A DNA stretch of 64,000 nucleotides, from NCBI RefSeq assembly GCF_006345805.1, contig NC_043006.1, positions 50,220,001 through 50,284,000 of the forward strand, written 5' to 3'. The notes below the pieces were generated by a model. That model was not told the DNA's origin. It searched no databases and was given only the letters and a program-made list of their open reading frames with translations. The stretch comes from Octopus sinensis (Eukaryota). Every line of letters begins with the position of its first letter. Position 1 is the first letter of the stretch. This document shows positions 12,440 through 26,462 of this stretch, in pieces. A program made the position numbers and the translations under genes.

Positions 12440-12655
12440 CTCTCTTTCTCTCTTTTGCTTGTTTCAGCCATTTGACTGCTGCCATGCTGGAGCACCGCCT
12501 TTAGTCGAGCAAATCGACCCCAGGACTTATTCTTTGTAAGCCTAGTACTTATTCTATCGGTCTCTTTTGCCGAACCGCTAAGTTACGGGGACGTAAACAC
12601 CCCAGCATCGGTTGTAAAGCAACGTTGGGGGACAAACACAGACACACAAACATAT

Positions 12656-12690
<35 letters not shown>

Positions 12691-12810
12691 CATATATACG
12701 ACGAGCTTCTTTCAGTTTCTGTCTACCAAATCCACTCACAAGGCTTTGGTCGGCTCGAGGCTATAGTAGAAGACATTTGCCCAAGGTACCACACAGTGGG
12801 AATGAAGTCC
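12440..12810 (-). mobile_element. SINE group A, 5'-truncated
   Basis: Reverse complement of the A tail and part of the head. Confidence 0.9.
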
Positions 12811-12822
12811 GCCGTATATATG

Positions 12823-12879
<57 letters not shown>

Positions 12880-12884
12880 GTGTG

Positions 12885-13104
12885 TGTGTGTGTTTGTGTG
12901 TCTGTGTTTGTCCCCTCAACATCGATTGACAACTGATGTTGGTGTGTTTACGTCCCCGTCACTTAGCGGTTCGGCAAAAGAGACCAATAGAATAAGTACT
13001 AGGCTTACAGAGAATAAGTCCTGGGGTCTATTTGCTCAGCTAAAGGCGGTGCTCCAGCATGGTCACAGTCAAATTACTGAAACAAGTAAAAGAGTAAAGA
13101 AAGA
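12885..13104 (+). mobile_element. SINE group A, 3' half
   Basis: GTCTGTGTTTGTCCCC...AGAATAAGTACTAGGCTTAC...GAAACAAGTAAAAGAG. Confidence 0.9.
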
Positions 13105-13562
13105 ATACATTATATAATGTAGCCCTACATACACTTATAAGACAGAATGATCAGGCCGTATTTACAAATCCTTCATCAAAACTTCCGACCACCTCCCTTA
13201 TTACTATTCCAAGTTTTCATCGTAACTTTTCTTCTCTCTTGGATTCAGGCTGGTATTGATGCACTCATCTTTTATCGGTTATACATTCATTCAGTCGCTT
13301 TACTCTTCCTGTACTTTTTCCTGTTTGTACCTCTGCTATTTCTCAGAGGAACTACTATTTCTAAGTTTCGTGTGAATTTTGAAATTAATAATTAGTATTA
13401 GCGGTGTTTTGTAGGTGTTTTTTTAGCCACAAGACAGTTCTGATGGAACATAACTACTATGATAAAAAAAAAATTGTATGTCCAAAAATTGTACGTCCAA
13501 ATATGGACATAGCACATCTTAACATAATAGCAACGATTATATATATATTTTCATTCTTTTTT

Positions 13563-13778
13563 CTTTTATTCTTTTACTTGATTTAGTAATTTGACTGCAG
13601 CCTCGCTGGAGCAATGCCTTTAGTCGAACAGATCGACCCCAGGACTTATTCTATCGGTCTATTTTGACGAACAGCTAAGTTACGAGGACATAAACACATC
13701 AGCATCGGTTGTTAAGCTATGGTGTGGGAGACAAACAAACACACACACACACACATATACGACGGGTTTTTTTTCAGA
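13563..13778 (-). mobile_element. SINE group A, 3' half, diverged
   Basis: GCCTTTAGTCGAACAGATCGACCCCAGGACTTATTCTATCGG. Confidence 0.85.
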
Positions 13779-14418
13779 GACAGCTCTTTGATATTTTGAT
13801 GTCTTTTCTCATTGACTGGGAAGCGTTGCAAAAATCCACTTGCAGATGCTAAATTTCAATATGAGGAGAATCCCAAGCTGATTCCCAAAATTTGGTCTCT
13901 CAGGACTTTTGGAAAATCCATAATATTGTATTGAATAATGGTAAATCCAGTATCTCTCTTCTCTGCAACAGTTATGAGGTATCGACTCTTTTTTTTTTTA
14001 AGATAAAGCAAAATTTCCTGTTCACTTGTTTTCCAATAGTTGTACATTCGGTTCCTTTGACCTTGTTTTTCCAGTCATTTCTCCTTAGTGTAACGTTTTT
14101 TTTTATCTGACTTGCGTATAACTTTTAGATATGTGGTAAATTTCCTCGAAGCTTACTCAGCTGCTGGTGCTGAGTACGTTCCTGTTATTGTTTTGTAAAC
14201 GTTCTCTGAAAGCAACTACTACAATACTACAATGTAAGTAGCAACACTCTAAAGTAACTGCCTGTTCTTAACAACAATCCGAATAATAACTACATAATAT
14301 ATGATATAACAATTTGAAAAACTTACTTAAAAACATTGATCGAACAGACTTCCATATCAGTTAATTATCCCTACAGAAAGGAAACCGACACACAAAAAAA
14401 TGCTTAGTTGAGTCTTTC

Positions 14419-15020
14419 TTCCCAGCTAGCTAGAACTCGGTCAATGTAATTCCTGTTTTCAAAAAATTTGGTGAACATTCTGATCTCTCAAACTCCCGTC
14501 CAATCAATCTTTTACCGTATAGTTAGCAAGTTCTTTGATCATCGTATTCTTGTCTTGCACTTTGAATTACTTAGTCTGTTTATTTGACGAGCAGTACGAT
14601 TCCCTACTTTGAGCTTTACTGATCTTAAATAATTGCGTGTGTGGTGAAGCAAATTGTTCTTATATCAAAAACATCTGACAGCGTTTGACATGTTGGTCTC
14701 CCCGACAAAATTAAGTCATATGGAGCTTTCCTGAATGAATGTAGCAATGAGGTTATTTTAAATTACCTTTCTTCTACTTACACCATCACATCAAGTATTC
14801 CTCAAAGTTCTAATTTTGACCCGATCTTCTAAATGTTTATTAATGATCTTGCGGCTTATATATCGAAACCTCCCCTCTTTTTCTGAGGATGCTTCTTCGT
14901 ATTCTTACTTGAATGAAGTTTTAGTTTTCTGATCTCTTGAACATGACCTGCATTCGGTGACTGACAAGGAATACTCAGTGGTTGGTCACTTTTAACTCTT
15001 CAAAAATTAAACTTTCTTCT
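14419..15020 (+). mobile_element. Degraded CR1/L2-group LINE reverse-transcriptase fragment
   Basis: VIPVFKKFGEHSDLSNSRPI, ISKTSDSV*HVGLPDKIKSYG (cf. DISKAFDRVWH.GL..KL.SYG), SIPQSSNFDPIF*MFINDL (cf. GVPQGSVLGP.LF..FINDL) and QWLVTFNSSK. Confidence 0.8.
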
Positions 15021-15899
15021 ATAAATTGTAACAGTAATTATAATTTACTCAGGCCTTATGTATTTAGGAGTTATTCAGGTCTTGAGCTATTTGAGTTTTG
15101 GGATTTTCCTAGAGCATTTCTGATGTATGACAGTAAGAAACGATGGCTGTTATTGTCTAACTTGTGTACCGCATGGTTTCCTTTGTTTAGGGATAAGTAA
15201 TTGGTTTGGAAGTCTGTTCGATCAATGTTTATAAGTAAGTTTTCCAAACTGTTATATCATATATTATGTAGTTATTATTCGGCTTGTTGTTACCAATAAG
15301 CAGTTACTTTAGAGTGTTACTACTTACAGTGTAGTATTGTAGTTACTTTTTATTACTGCTTGTTTTGTGGTATATGTTACAAAACTTATTCAGACAGAAT
15401 GTATTTAGCACAAAATTATATCTTTCAATGTTTTTCGATATTTCCTTGGTTTATTTTAGTAATTCTCTTCAATTTTCGTGTTCTTTTAGTAGTTGTTTAA
15501 CGCCAGGTCAACTGTCATCGAGCAGATGTATGATCAAAGACACTTATGTCATCACCATCCCGTCAATTTAGGAGTAATATTGCTACATTGTTTAACGTCT
15601 CTGCTATATAACTGACAAGATTAGAGATTTGATTGCTATTTCTAGCAAGTTAAGCAACCATGCTCAGAGTACCTTGGCGGCACGTAGGTTAATTTCCTGT
15701 TGAAGAAGGTGGTGGTGGTGTGGCAGACATGTTAAATTTAGTTAAATCCATTAGTATATTTTGCGTTCAAATCCCACGGGAGGTGACTTTGCTTCCCATC
15801 TCTCTAGGGTCGATAAAATAAACAGTAGAAGATCTTCAATAGAGTAATGCTTTTCCCAACAGATTTCATTATTGCCATTATTGTTGTTGCTAGTTTTGG

Positions 15900-15902
15900 T
15901 GC

Positions 15903-15933
<31 letters not shown>

Positions 15934-16070
15934 ATTGTTAATAGAGTTACTGGTATTGATTATGGAAATTTTAGATACTGATTTCCATGTTATTGTTAAT
16001 ATTAAGAAATTATTAAAGATTATTATCATCATCATCGTCATCGTCATCATGATCATGATCATGATCATGA

Positions 16071-16129
<59 letters not shown>
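15900..16129. repeat. (TTG)n/(CAT)n/(TAT)n tract
   Basis: Direct reading. Confidence 0.9.
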
Positions 16130-16240
16130 GAGACGGCGAGCAGGCAGAATCGTTAGTACACCGGGCAAATAGCTTAGTCACATTTCTTTCGTCATTACGT
16201 TCCCTAGCTCAAATCGCCGAAGCCGACTTTACTTTTCATT
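16130..16240 (+). mobile_element. SINE group B 5' half, fused to truncated LINE
   Basis: GACGGCGAGCAGGCAGAATCGTTAGTACACCGGGC...GCCGACTTTACTTTTCATTCC. Confidence 0.75.
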
Positions 16241-17570
16241 CCAGTTAAGCACATTGAAGCTATAAAGAACAACTGGTACTGCTAAGGAATTTATGGCTAA
16301 CACCTTATTATATGCATTCAGCTCAGATTTCAGGACTGCTCGAACTCTTCTATAATATTCCTTCCTAACCTTCTCTTTCATGCTTGCATGCTGGATACCA
16401 GAGCCTTCATTTATTCCTAGGTATTTATAGGTTTGTCCCTGCTCAAGTTCCTTTATTACTGTTTCGACATCTAATTCGATTGAACTTGACTGTACCAATT
16501 TCCCTTTCTTAAAAGTGGTTTTGGTACACTTTTTAAGGCCAAACCCCATCCAGATATCATCACTGAATCCTTTCACAGTATGTAGTAGTCCTTCAAGCTC
16601 TTCATCATCTTTGCCATATAGTTTTAAATCATCCATATAAAATAGATGGCTTATTTACTTGTTGTCAATTTTGTAGTCATATCCTGTTCTATTCAGTTCA
16701 CTTGAGAGTGGTATTAGTACTATGCAGAAAATTAGTGGCGAAAGTGAGTCACCTTGGAAAATGCCACAGTTTATGCTAATATTGTTTGAGCGCAATACTC
16801 CATTAGAATGGTATAATTGGAGCTTCGTGTTCCATAGTGACATATTATACTTTAAAAAATCTGAAATCACAGGAGAAATTTTGAAAATGTCCAGCGAATG
16901 TGGTATGCTGTCAAAGGCTTTTTTATAATCAATCCATGAAGAGCTGAGCTTTCTGCGCTTGTGATGGCAGTTCTCAAGGATCATGCGATTAATTAAGAGC
17001 TGATCTTTGCATCCGTATGAGCCTCGTCTGCATCCTTTTTGTTCAGTGGGAAAGAGGTTATTCTCTTCCATAAACGTATATGTTTTCTCTACTAGAATAG
17101 ATGTCAAAATCTTATAGGTAGCAGATAACTATGTTATAGGCCGGTAGTTTTTTGGGTCTTTCGTTTCGTTATTTTTGGGGAGGAGGTAAGTAACACCATT
17201 TGCCATCCAATGGGACAATTTTTTCCAGGTTTTCATAATACTATTAAATAGTATTACTAACATTTTGTGTGCGGACGAGAGTGATAAGAACCAGAAATTT
17301 GGTACTCTATCAATACCAGGGGATTTCCATTTATGAGCCTTCGTTAGTGCCCTCCTTAGGTCGGCGATTGAGATGTCTTCCCATACATGTTCTTGTAGAT
17401 TTTTGTAGGCATCTTGGGTGCGTTTGATCCAGTCTGCATTTTCATTGTATGGTTTCTCATCACTCCAGATCCCTTTCCAAAAGTTTTCAACTTCTTCCAT
17501 TAGGGGTGGATTTTCAATGGTTATTTTTTCTTTCCCTATTTCCCTGTAACAGCTGTTAGTTGCTGAGTTT
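16240..17570 (-). pseudogene. R4/Dong-like LINE reverse-transcriptase domain, disrupted
   Basis: WKSPGIDRVPNFW, KNYRPIT, EQKGCRRGSYGCKDQLLIN, WIDYKKAFDS, GIFQGDSLSPLIF, HLFYMDDLKLY, YKYLGINE and NKVLAINSLAVPVVLYSF. One frameshift, an in-frame stop and a short deletion; both ends truncated. Confidence 0.92.
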
Positions 17571-18123
17571 TCTATATTATACACTTACACAAAGTATTAT
17601 AAAAATAATTACTTAAATAAATATAAACCAGCAGCAGCTGTCTGTCGGCACGTCATCAAGTGAATATCTTTGACAGCTCTGCTGGATCACTTTCAGTTTC
17701 CCATCGTTCTTTTCCCCATTGTGTTTTTAGCATTCTCTCTGTACAGAGTAACTTATTCATTCAAATAGGCAAAAGTCTTGAAAGTACCAACTAAAGTAAT
17801 TGTAATAAAATATTCAAAGTATAAATTGCAAGACAAATAGACCAAAATTAGTTAATGGAAATAAAATTCAAATGAATAAAATAAATCAAACCTAAAATTA
17901 TGTCTTTTTTCAATTCTTTTACTCTATCGCAAGCATGCCAGCCATTTTTTTTTCATGAAGATGTATAAATACTCTGATATATCATGATATACACTAGAAG
18001 TAATTGTTTTCTCTTTTTTCTTCAAAGACTCGTGGTCATCCTATTATCCCAGTAGGATGCCAACCTGTCTGCTAATCCACTCATAAAACCTAATTTCAGT
18101 TGTCCAGGAATTAATACATGCAG

Positions 18124-18194
<71 letters not shown>

Positions 18195-18347
18195 TATATA
18201 TATATATATATAAATGAAAGAATGGAGTTGAACGACGATTTAACAAAATTCCTTTATTCTCGACATATGTTTCGAAGGTTGCATATTCCTACTACCCAGG
18301 TATCGGTTAACCGAATTATCCATACTAAGATAATTCATTCAACTACT

Positions 18348-18440
<93 letters not shown>

Positions 18441-19390
18441 TACATACATGCATACATATATACATACATGGATACAAACACACACACATATATACAAACA
18501 CACACATACATATATATATGTTTTTTACACACACAAGCACAGACACTCACACGCATACATATACATTTATATGTGTGTGTGCGCATATAAATGTATATAT
18601 ATATATACCTATATATAAGTACGTACACACACGTATGGAAGTATTTGCTATCCGGAACTACTATATAGTGTACGCGATTTCTAGGTAAACAAGTGGAGAC
18701 ATATAAAGATAACATGTAAACGGTACAACCCAAATAATAAAAACATTAATTAAGTACCCAGTTGTATCCTATACCAAATACAAAATATAAAATAAGATCT
18801 CACAAACATGATCACTAGGAGATTGAATGAAAAGAAAGAAGGGAAAATTAAAACATAAAAGAAATGTATAAGAGGAGTAGAAGGACCAAAGCAGCAAAGC
18901 ATTAGCAGAAAGAACAGATAGAAATTTTTATGAAGGGAAAAAGACTTACAAGTAAAGAGGGTGTACGGGATAGAAACGAATATTGTGCAGTTTTGCGTTT
19001 ATTGTTCCAACGTGGAGGAACTGGAAAATAAGAAAGCCAAATAAAATCATTAATAAACAAACGAAACTGAGAGTAAATTCTTTTTTATTTATTCATCGAT
19101 AAATCATTCAAAATATCCATCCATCCATCCATCCATCCATCCATCCATCCATTCATCCACGTAAAAATAATGTAAAGAAAGAGGAGGTATAAGTTGTATA
19201 TATTTATTTCACTAGTTGACATCCATATAATGACAATCATTTCGCGGCCTTTTATAATATAAAAATAACTTATCTTAGTGTAAATAAAAAAAATTATAAA
19301 TTATTTTCTATACCTGTATTAATGTAGACAATACATTTGTAGCCTGATCCATTAAAGGAGCTTTTTATGAGAGTGCATTAAATTCGTATA

Positions 19391-19427
<37 letters not shown>

Positions 19428-19463
19428 CTGTTTGTGTGTATGTGTGTGTGTTTGTGCGTATAC

Positions 19464-19554
<91 letters not shown>

Positions 19555-19569
19555 CCGCGTGTGTACCGT

Positions 19570-19757
19570 TGGCGATTTTTTTCCTCCGTTTTCCCTTCTT
19601 TGGATCTTTCCTTTTCCTATGTTTCTGACGAAGAGTTCCGCTCGAAACGTTAAACCCTCCTTCTTTCCTTCTTTTCTGAGCGTCCAATAATACTATACTT
19701 GTTCCACGTCCTCGCGTTGTTGTGATTTCTCTTTGTGTTTTCATGTTTGGATTAACT
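19570..19757 (+). mobile_element. Penelope-like terminal fragment with minimal hammerhead (19621-19655)
   Basis: GTTT-CTGACGA-A-GAG-TTCCG-CTC-GAAA-CG-T-T-AAAC; the downstream TTTTCTGAGCGTCCAATAATAC resembles the 56200-56290 PLE terminus. Confidence 0.7.
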
Positions 19758-19784
19758 ATATATATATATATATATAAATATATA

Positions 19785-20067
19785 CATTGGGTCATCCTAT
19801 AAATAATGCAGTTTTTCAAATGCATGAACTAAAAGCCGGAGGGGTACGGGATAAACTACCTACATCACCTTGCTATAAAACCAGGTAGTAATTTTACCTT
19901 GTACTCATTCTTAGTGCAAATTTTGAAGAGTGAAGTTCTCACGAACGAACCGAATAGTGATTGGTGACGGGAAAGAGGTTCTCTATAAAAATGTCAAGTG
20001 CCGACGGCAGTGGGTAGGGAAAGGAGATACACCGGCACCCCAGGCTAAAGAAGGTCTTCACCCACGT
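19785..20067 (+). mobile_element. Internally deleted mariner: 5' TIR plus transposase fragment
   Basis: TA-CATTGGGTCATCCTATAAATAATGCAGTTTTT terminus; NRIVIGDGKEVLYKNVKCRRQWVGKGDTPAPQAKEGLHPR corresponds to the mariner RIVTGDEKW.LY.N...W......P...K..LHP. motif. Confidence 0.8.
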
Positions 20068-20229
20068 ATATATATATATACTTTGTATTTCATACTTTCG
20101 GATGATGCAATAAGTACCAGTCAAGGACTGGGTCAATGTAATCGACTTACCCCAACCCCGAAGTTGACGAATATATAGATATAGATATATATGCATACAT
20201 ACATACATACATACATACATACATAATAT

Positions 20230-20280
<51 letters not shown>

Positions 20281-20364
20281 ATTATATATATATATTATAT
20301 ATATATATATATATGTATATACATAATATGTATGTATGTGTGTGTTCATGTGCATATGTATCTC

Positions 20365-20581
20365 CGAGGGTGTGCCGAAAAGTTCCTGGCTTTAAGGGTG
20401 TCGCGAAAGGCCTGGTTGGTGGCCCAAACTTCCGAGTTCTCTCACACGGCTTCGAAAAACTGAAGGACCGCTGCAGTAAGTGTGTGAATGTGAGAGGGGA
20501 ATATGTTGAATAAAATCATAATAAACTGACCCTCCTGGATTTTCTTTTAGCTAAAGCCACGAACTTTTCAGTACTCCCTCG
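20365..20581 (+). mobile_element. Mariner-derived MITE
   Basis: TIRs CGAGGGTGTGCCGAAAAGTTCCTGGCTTTA / TAAAGCCACGAACTTTTCAGTACTCCCTCG-TA; the interior encodes the mariner C-terminus GFEKLKDRCSKCVNVRGEYVE*. Confidence 0.85.
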
Positions 20582-20589
20582 TATATATC

Positions 20590-20805
20590 TCTATCTATGT
20601 ATCTACCTACGCACACTCTCACACATACATACTCACACATACATACATACATACATACATACATACATACATACATACATACATACATACATACATGCAT
20701 ACATACATACATACATGCATGCATGCATACATGCATACATACATACATACGTACGTACATACATACATACATACATATATACATACATACATACATACAT
20801 ACATA
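20590..20805. repeat. (CATA)n microsatellite
   Basis: Direct reading. Confidence 0.95.
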
Positions 20806-21381
20806 AATTCACATGCAGAAAATTTGGTCGAAACCAATCTAATTGCTTTTTTGCTATCCAATTATAACCCATTCACTGCTCCGATTTTTTTTCTGCTTTA
20901 ATACGTTCGTAAAAATAAAGCTAGAATTCTGGGGGTTGAAAAGGAAGAGGGAAGAACAACTCGGAATGTAAATTTTGGCATTTTTGTGTCTTAGGAAGTC
21001 ATAATTCAAATACGTAGATATCTGTATCAGTGCCAATTTAACACATATCATAATGAAAATCAGTATTTGCTATGAGATATATTGGTAGGTAGCCATATTC
21101 ATAAGCACATTTTGCCAAAACATAGCAAACAGACGAACAAAAGGGCCTCTATGAGTTCATGTAGCTGGCAAGAAATAGCAGCTGGAACTCGCCTCAAATC
21201 GTGCGTCAACGTCTTGTCAATAATATACGTTAACAATATACTTCTAGATAATTTGTCTAGGAAAAAGAAAACAAATGGGATGGTCAGGTTTGGAATACCT
21301 TCGGTTATAGGTCTAACCCTGTAATATTTAGTCATTTTTGTGCAAGTCGATATACAATATATATATATGTGTGTATGTGTT

Positions 21382-21415
<34 letters not shown>

Positions 21416-22689
21416 CGTGTGCGCGCGTGTGCGTGTGCGCGCGTGTGTATGATGGCTATCAACTCGTAGACGAGAATGACCATCACCAACAAAGCAATGC
21501 ATGTGCAAAACACCTCATAGAAACTTTCACCCTATTGACACGATCCAGAGACAAGCCGATGCAAGATATTTAGTGCCAATATGGATCGCAGTCTCAGGAA
21601 TGTGGGGGTGCCATGACCTCAAGTGGAAGCAAAAAGATTCCCTAAAATATCCAATGCCATTCCCTGCATATCCGGTCTTATATGAAACTGAACTCCTCGA
21701 GACATGTTTTAACAAAAGCTGAGCAGTCCCTCACTCCTAATGGTCTTCTATCACGTCCGACAGCAATCCTGAATTCCTCAGTGCCCGGATAATTGCTAGA
21801 TTGTCGATGAACTGATAATGGGTTCGTTTGTCCTTATGACAGGTCTTGTTTTCAGCCCTGGTTGGTTTCTAGCAACCCAAGTCACTAGGCCTGCTTTTTG
21901 GAGATACCGGTTTAGTTGCCGACGACCCGACCATGCAACAGGTCTATGTTACCAGTAGCCTTCATGAGGGACCTCACAAGTGACCTGGCATAATAAACAC
22001 GCGCACGCACACACATACACACACATTTAAAGGAGGATTAATCAAAACTATTGCGAGTTTTATTTATTACGTCCCATTCTAAAATATGGCTACGCTCCAC
22101 CTTGAGAAACTCTATTCTAACCAATCATGGCAGAATTGTATTAATTAAAAATACCGAAAATAGGGAACCGAGTTGCAGTCACTTTATTTCTTAAAAAACA
22201 GCAACCTTCAAATTACACAAAAGACTGTCTGATTATTGGATAATTGGTCCTTATGTCTGAACAAGAAGAGTTGGATAGTCACGACTAATATGCCGAAATG
22301 CATCTAGTATAAAGCAATGATGGAACTGATATTCCATTTGCTATAAATAACAGATTAATCGCTCCCAAATCTCATGCTACCGTCTTAAAAAGGATGGACT
22401 ACATTATTGGATAATGTAGTTAGTCCTTGATGTCTAGTGCAAAGGAAATGGACGCAAATGTAACGTCTTTGACGTTAGATCTGTTCACCAAGATATGACA
22501 TGGGGATAAACAACATCAACAGCATCAATAGCAATAACAACTATCATGACATAAGCAACAGACTGTTTTTCAAAGGCTAGAGATCCACTTTGTATTTTCA
22601 GCTAGGGCTATTTGCTTACTATGGAATTTCATTGGAGTACTGCCTACACACACCAACATCTAATACCACAAAAGTAGTTAATCTGCCTA

Positions 22690-23075
22690 GAAGGATTTAA
22701 TCGAACAAATCGACCCCACCACTAAGTTTTTCAAAGTCTGGTATATTATTTTATTAGTCACTTTTGCCGAAATCAACACTGGTTGTCCAGCGGTGGGGAG
22801 ACAAACACTAACACAGACACATACACATACATGCATATAAGGCGGGTTTTGAACTCAGAACGAAACGAACAAGAATAAATAAATACACAAGGCATCATGT
22901 CCGACATTGATAAAATTTCGCCAGGCCACCGCTCGGGACTGCTACCTTTTTCTTGATCAAGAAAAGATGAATAGCAAAGTTGACCATGGCGGTATTTGAA
23001 CTCAGAACGCTGAATGCCGAAACATATACTGTTAAGTATATTCTCTGACTCTCTAACAACTCTGCCAATCAACCA
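22690..23075 (-). mobile_element. Adjacent degraded SINE A tail (22690-22850) and SINE B pieces (22851-23075)
   Basis: TCGAACAAATCGACCCC, GGGGAGACAAACAC and two copies of TTTGAACTCAGAACG. Confidence 0.6.
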
Positions 23076-23709
23076 CGTTGTAGACCCTAGCTTCGTCTTC
23101 ACTTGGCCTGCTTAAAATAGTTGCCAGTTATCCCTCTGAGTCCATCCTACAATCTTTCATCGGATCAAATTGGATACTATAGCCCTGGGTCACCAGGGCT
23201 ATAGGAAAAAGATAGCATGAACACTGTGGAATTGTTTATAAAAATTATAACGACAACGACGAAGATGTCGACGACAATAACCACCACCATGGTCAATAAC
23301 AACAGCAACAACAACAATACACAGGTACGATGTTTTCTTTGTGGCTTCTATTCGTAGTATAGTAGTGTCTAGTCATGTATTGGTTTAACATCCAGCATAC
23401 CACTTCCATGCAAATCCACTCAGATCATCTGCTTTTCTTCATATATCTTACTGCAATATTTATCACTTTCATTTTGTATCAACCATAAAATTCTGCACCA
23501 AAAATCCTTTCCATTCCTTCCGCTTCCGAAATGTTAGCATTTGGAGCACCATCTCTGCTCACGTTCTTCCCATCAACATCAAATCTCCAGAAATTTGAGC
23601 CGAACATTAATTGAATCAATGTCACCAGTACAGGGAGTCATGCAAAGGTCATGGTCGATTGATCTTATTTCTTATTCTCTTTTCGTATATCCCAGTCTTT
23701 GTCTCTCTC

Positions 23710-23713
23710 TCTG

Positions 23714-23811
<98 letters not shown>

Positions 23812-23827
23812 CCTATATATCTATCTC

Positions 23828-23904
<77 letters not shown>

Positions 23905-23905
23905 A
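23710..23905. repeat. (TATC)n microsatellite
   Basis: Direct reading. Confidence 0.95.
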
Positions 23906-24259
23906 TCTGTCGTCCTGTCCTGTCTGTCTGACCTGTTTGTCTGTATGTATGTCTGTATGTATGTATGCATGTGTGTATATCTGCTTGATTATCGTGTATC
24001 AAATTCAAAGCCACAGATGACTGAACTAACAAAATAACAGAAAACTAATCAAAGCATTGATGGTTCAAATCCTTTCATGGACGCTTCAACGTCTTCAAAG
24101 ATTTGTACCTATTTTGTGGTAATTATTAAGCTGTAAATACTTTGCGGCATAATTCATCGATGTAGGAATACGAACTCGACGAGTATTTCATTAGCTTAGA
24201 AGCTTGTAGTGTCGAGTTCAAACTTTCCTGATGTCTGAGGTTTAGAATGATAGTCTTTT

Positions 24260-24663
24260 TATTTCTTTATTGCCCACAAGGGGCTAAACATAGATGGGAC
24301 AAACAAAGACAGACAAAAGGATTAAGTACCAGTGCGTAACTGGTACTTAATTTATCGACTCCAAAAGGATGAAAGGCAAAGTCAACCTCAGCGGAATTTG
24401 AACTCAGAATGTAACGGCAGGCGAAATACCTGTTTCTTTACTATCCACAAGGGGCTAAACACAGAGAAGACAAACAAGGACAGACAAACGGATTAAGTTG
24501 ATTATATCGACCCCAGTGCGTAACTGGTACTTATTTAATCGACCCCGAAAGGATGAAAGGCAAAGTCGACCTCGGTGGAATAAGAACTCAGAACGTAGCA
24601 GCAGACGAAATACAGCTAAGCATTTCGCCCGGTGTGCTAACGTTTCTGCCAGCTCACCGCCTT
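24260..24663 (-). mobile_element. Dimeric SINE group B
   Basis: Full monomer plus 5'-truncated monomer; junction GAAATACC|TGTTTCTTTACTA at 24430/24431. Confidence 0.88.
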
Positions 24664-25601
24664 TGATAGTTTTCTGTCTAGCCGATTTAACAGGAACATG
24701 AATTATTTAGCAGAATCCTTACAATATATGGGAGTACAGAAGTCATTTTTAATGTGTCACATCTATTTTAAAGGTTTGTGGACTAAGTGCTTTAGGCATA
24801 TAAAGCTCTTGAGAAAAGCCTAAAACATTACTCTTCATTATCATAAGATTACATAAACTTGCTGGTTGAAGGAATACCCTCATACCACGATTCAAAAAAC
24901 GATTACACTGGAATAGTTTCAAGTAAATATCCCTTACTATTGAACTAACCACTGTTATAGAAAAAAACACTTCTTTTACAGTGTTAAAGCACTAGTTAAA
25001 AAAAATTTTCACGAGCGCAGGAAGAAACATGTTTACTTGAAGGAGGCCGCCAGCGAAAGGAAGTTCGTCGACCCGGCTGTGAGAGAGATGAGGAGGAGTG
25101 AAAAAATGTTGTCCTCGTCTAGGCTTATAGGCCCTCATTATTTGTTTTCCTGTCCTGTTCCTATTCCTTCTTGTACTGTATTTTTTGTAATTGTATTTTT
25201 ATTTTGTATTTGTTTTTAATTGTATTGTTTTTACGTCCTGTTTTTGTCACATTTTTTTCCTTGCTTTTACCCCTCTGCAAAGGAATTTTATTTAATTCTT
25301 TCGCAGGAAGGATTAGTTCGACGAGACGTGTTCTGTCCTCACCTTCGAAACACGCTGGAGTTGAGCTAGGGACAGCTGATAAAGGGGATTTTTCCTTGTG
25401 TAGTTGTCTTGTACTCTGTATTTTCGTTGTTAAAAAAATGGTCCATTCCATGCTGTTTTTACTTTTTCGTTTCTCGTTGAGTTCTACGTCTATTTGTAGT
25501 GTCCTGTACACACGTATATATATTTATATATGCATGTATATATACATGTAGATGTAGGTAGTACATATATGTTTGTATGTATGCATATATTTTATGTATT
25601 A

Positions 25602-25678
<77 letters not shown>

Positions 25679-25679
25679 T

Positions 25680-26150
25680 AAATTAGAGACAAAACCACTA
25701 TTAGGCAAATCAAACAATGAAAAACTTAAGCCAATACATATGATTAATTTATATTATTTAAATATGTAACAAAATTATTAAAAAATATAATTAATATCAT
25801 ACTACGATCGTTTCATGCCTGCTGTCTTCAAATTTTTGAGTCGCAGTCATTCATCAGGTGGTTTAAATATCTAAAATATAATTAATATTTTTAAGATATA
25901 AATAATATATATAATATAATAATTTTACTTATAATAAACTCTATTATTAAATATGATTATATCGAAATCGACTATAATGTTAAATATTAACTTTAATTTA
26001 TAAGGTAGAAAACCCATATTCTAATATCAATATTAGTCTATATCTAATTACATAAATATTTAAAATGACTAATATATATAAATTATCAATGAAAATATAT
26101 ATAAATATTATAATCAAGATCTAAAATAATCTCTCTATATATATAAGATT
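25680..26150 (-). mobile_element. AT-rich Penelope-like terminal fragment with hammerhead motif (25797-25860)
   Basis: Minus strand: CAC-CTGATGA-ATGACTGC...GCAGGCAT-GAAA-CGATCG-T-A-GT. Stem II pairs 7/8, stem III is palindromic, stem I is weak. Confidence 0.6.
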
Positions 26151-26260
26151 CAGTTGAATTAGGTACTTTTATTGAGGCATCTTGCTAGTTTGGTATAGTC
26201 TGCACACCTAAACAACATAATTTGAATATTGAATAGCAAGACTTCGTGTAAGGATATTTG

Positions 26261-26375
26261 TACACAATAAAAGATTATGTAATGGCCATTCTTTATACTT
26301 TGTCGTTTATGTGTGTGTGTGCGCGCGTGTGTGTATGTAGATAGTTAGATAGATAGATAGGTATGTAGGTAGGTT

Positions 26376-26462
<87 letters not shown>

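Noticed and set aside
18250-18285. GAAA-CATATG-TC half hammerhead (minus strand)
   Set aside because: The 5' core is not found before the (TA)n tract; only a remnant.
25015-25500. Possible Tx1/L1-like LINE 3' end
   Set aside because: Looks repeat-derived, but no diagnostic motif could be identified.
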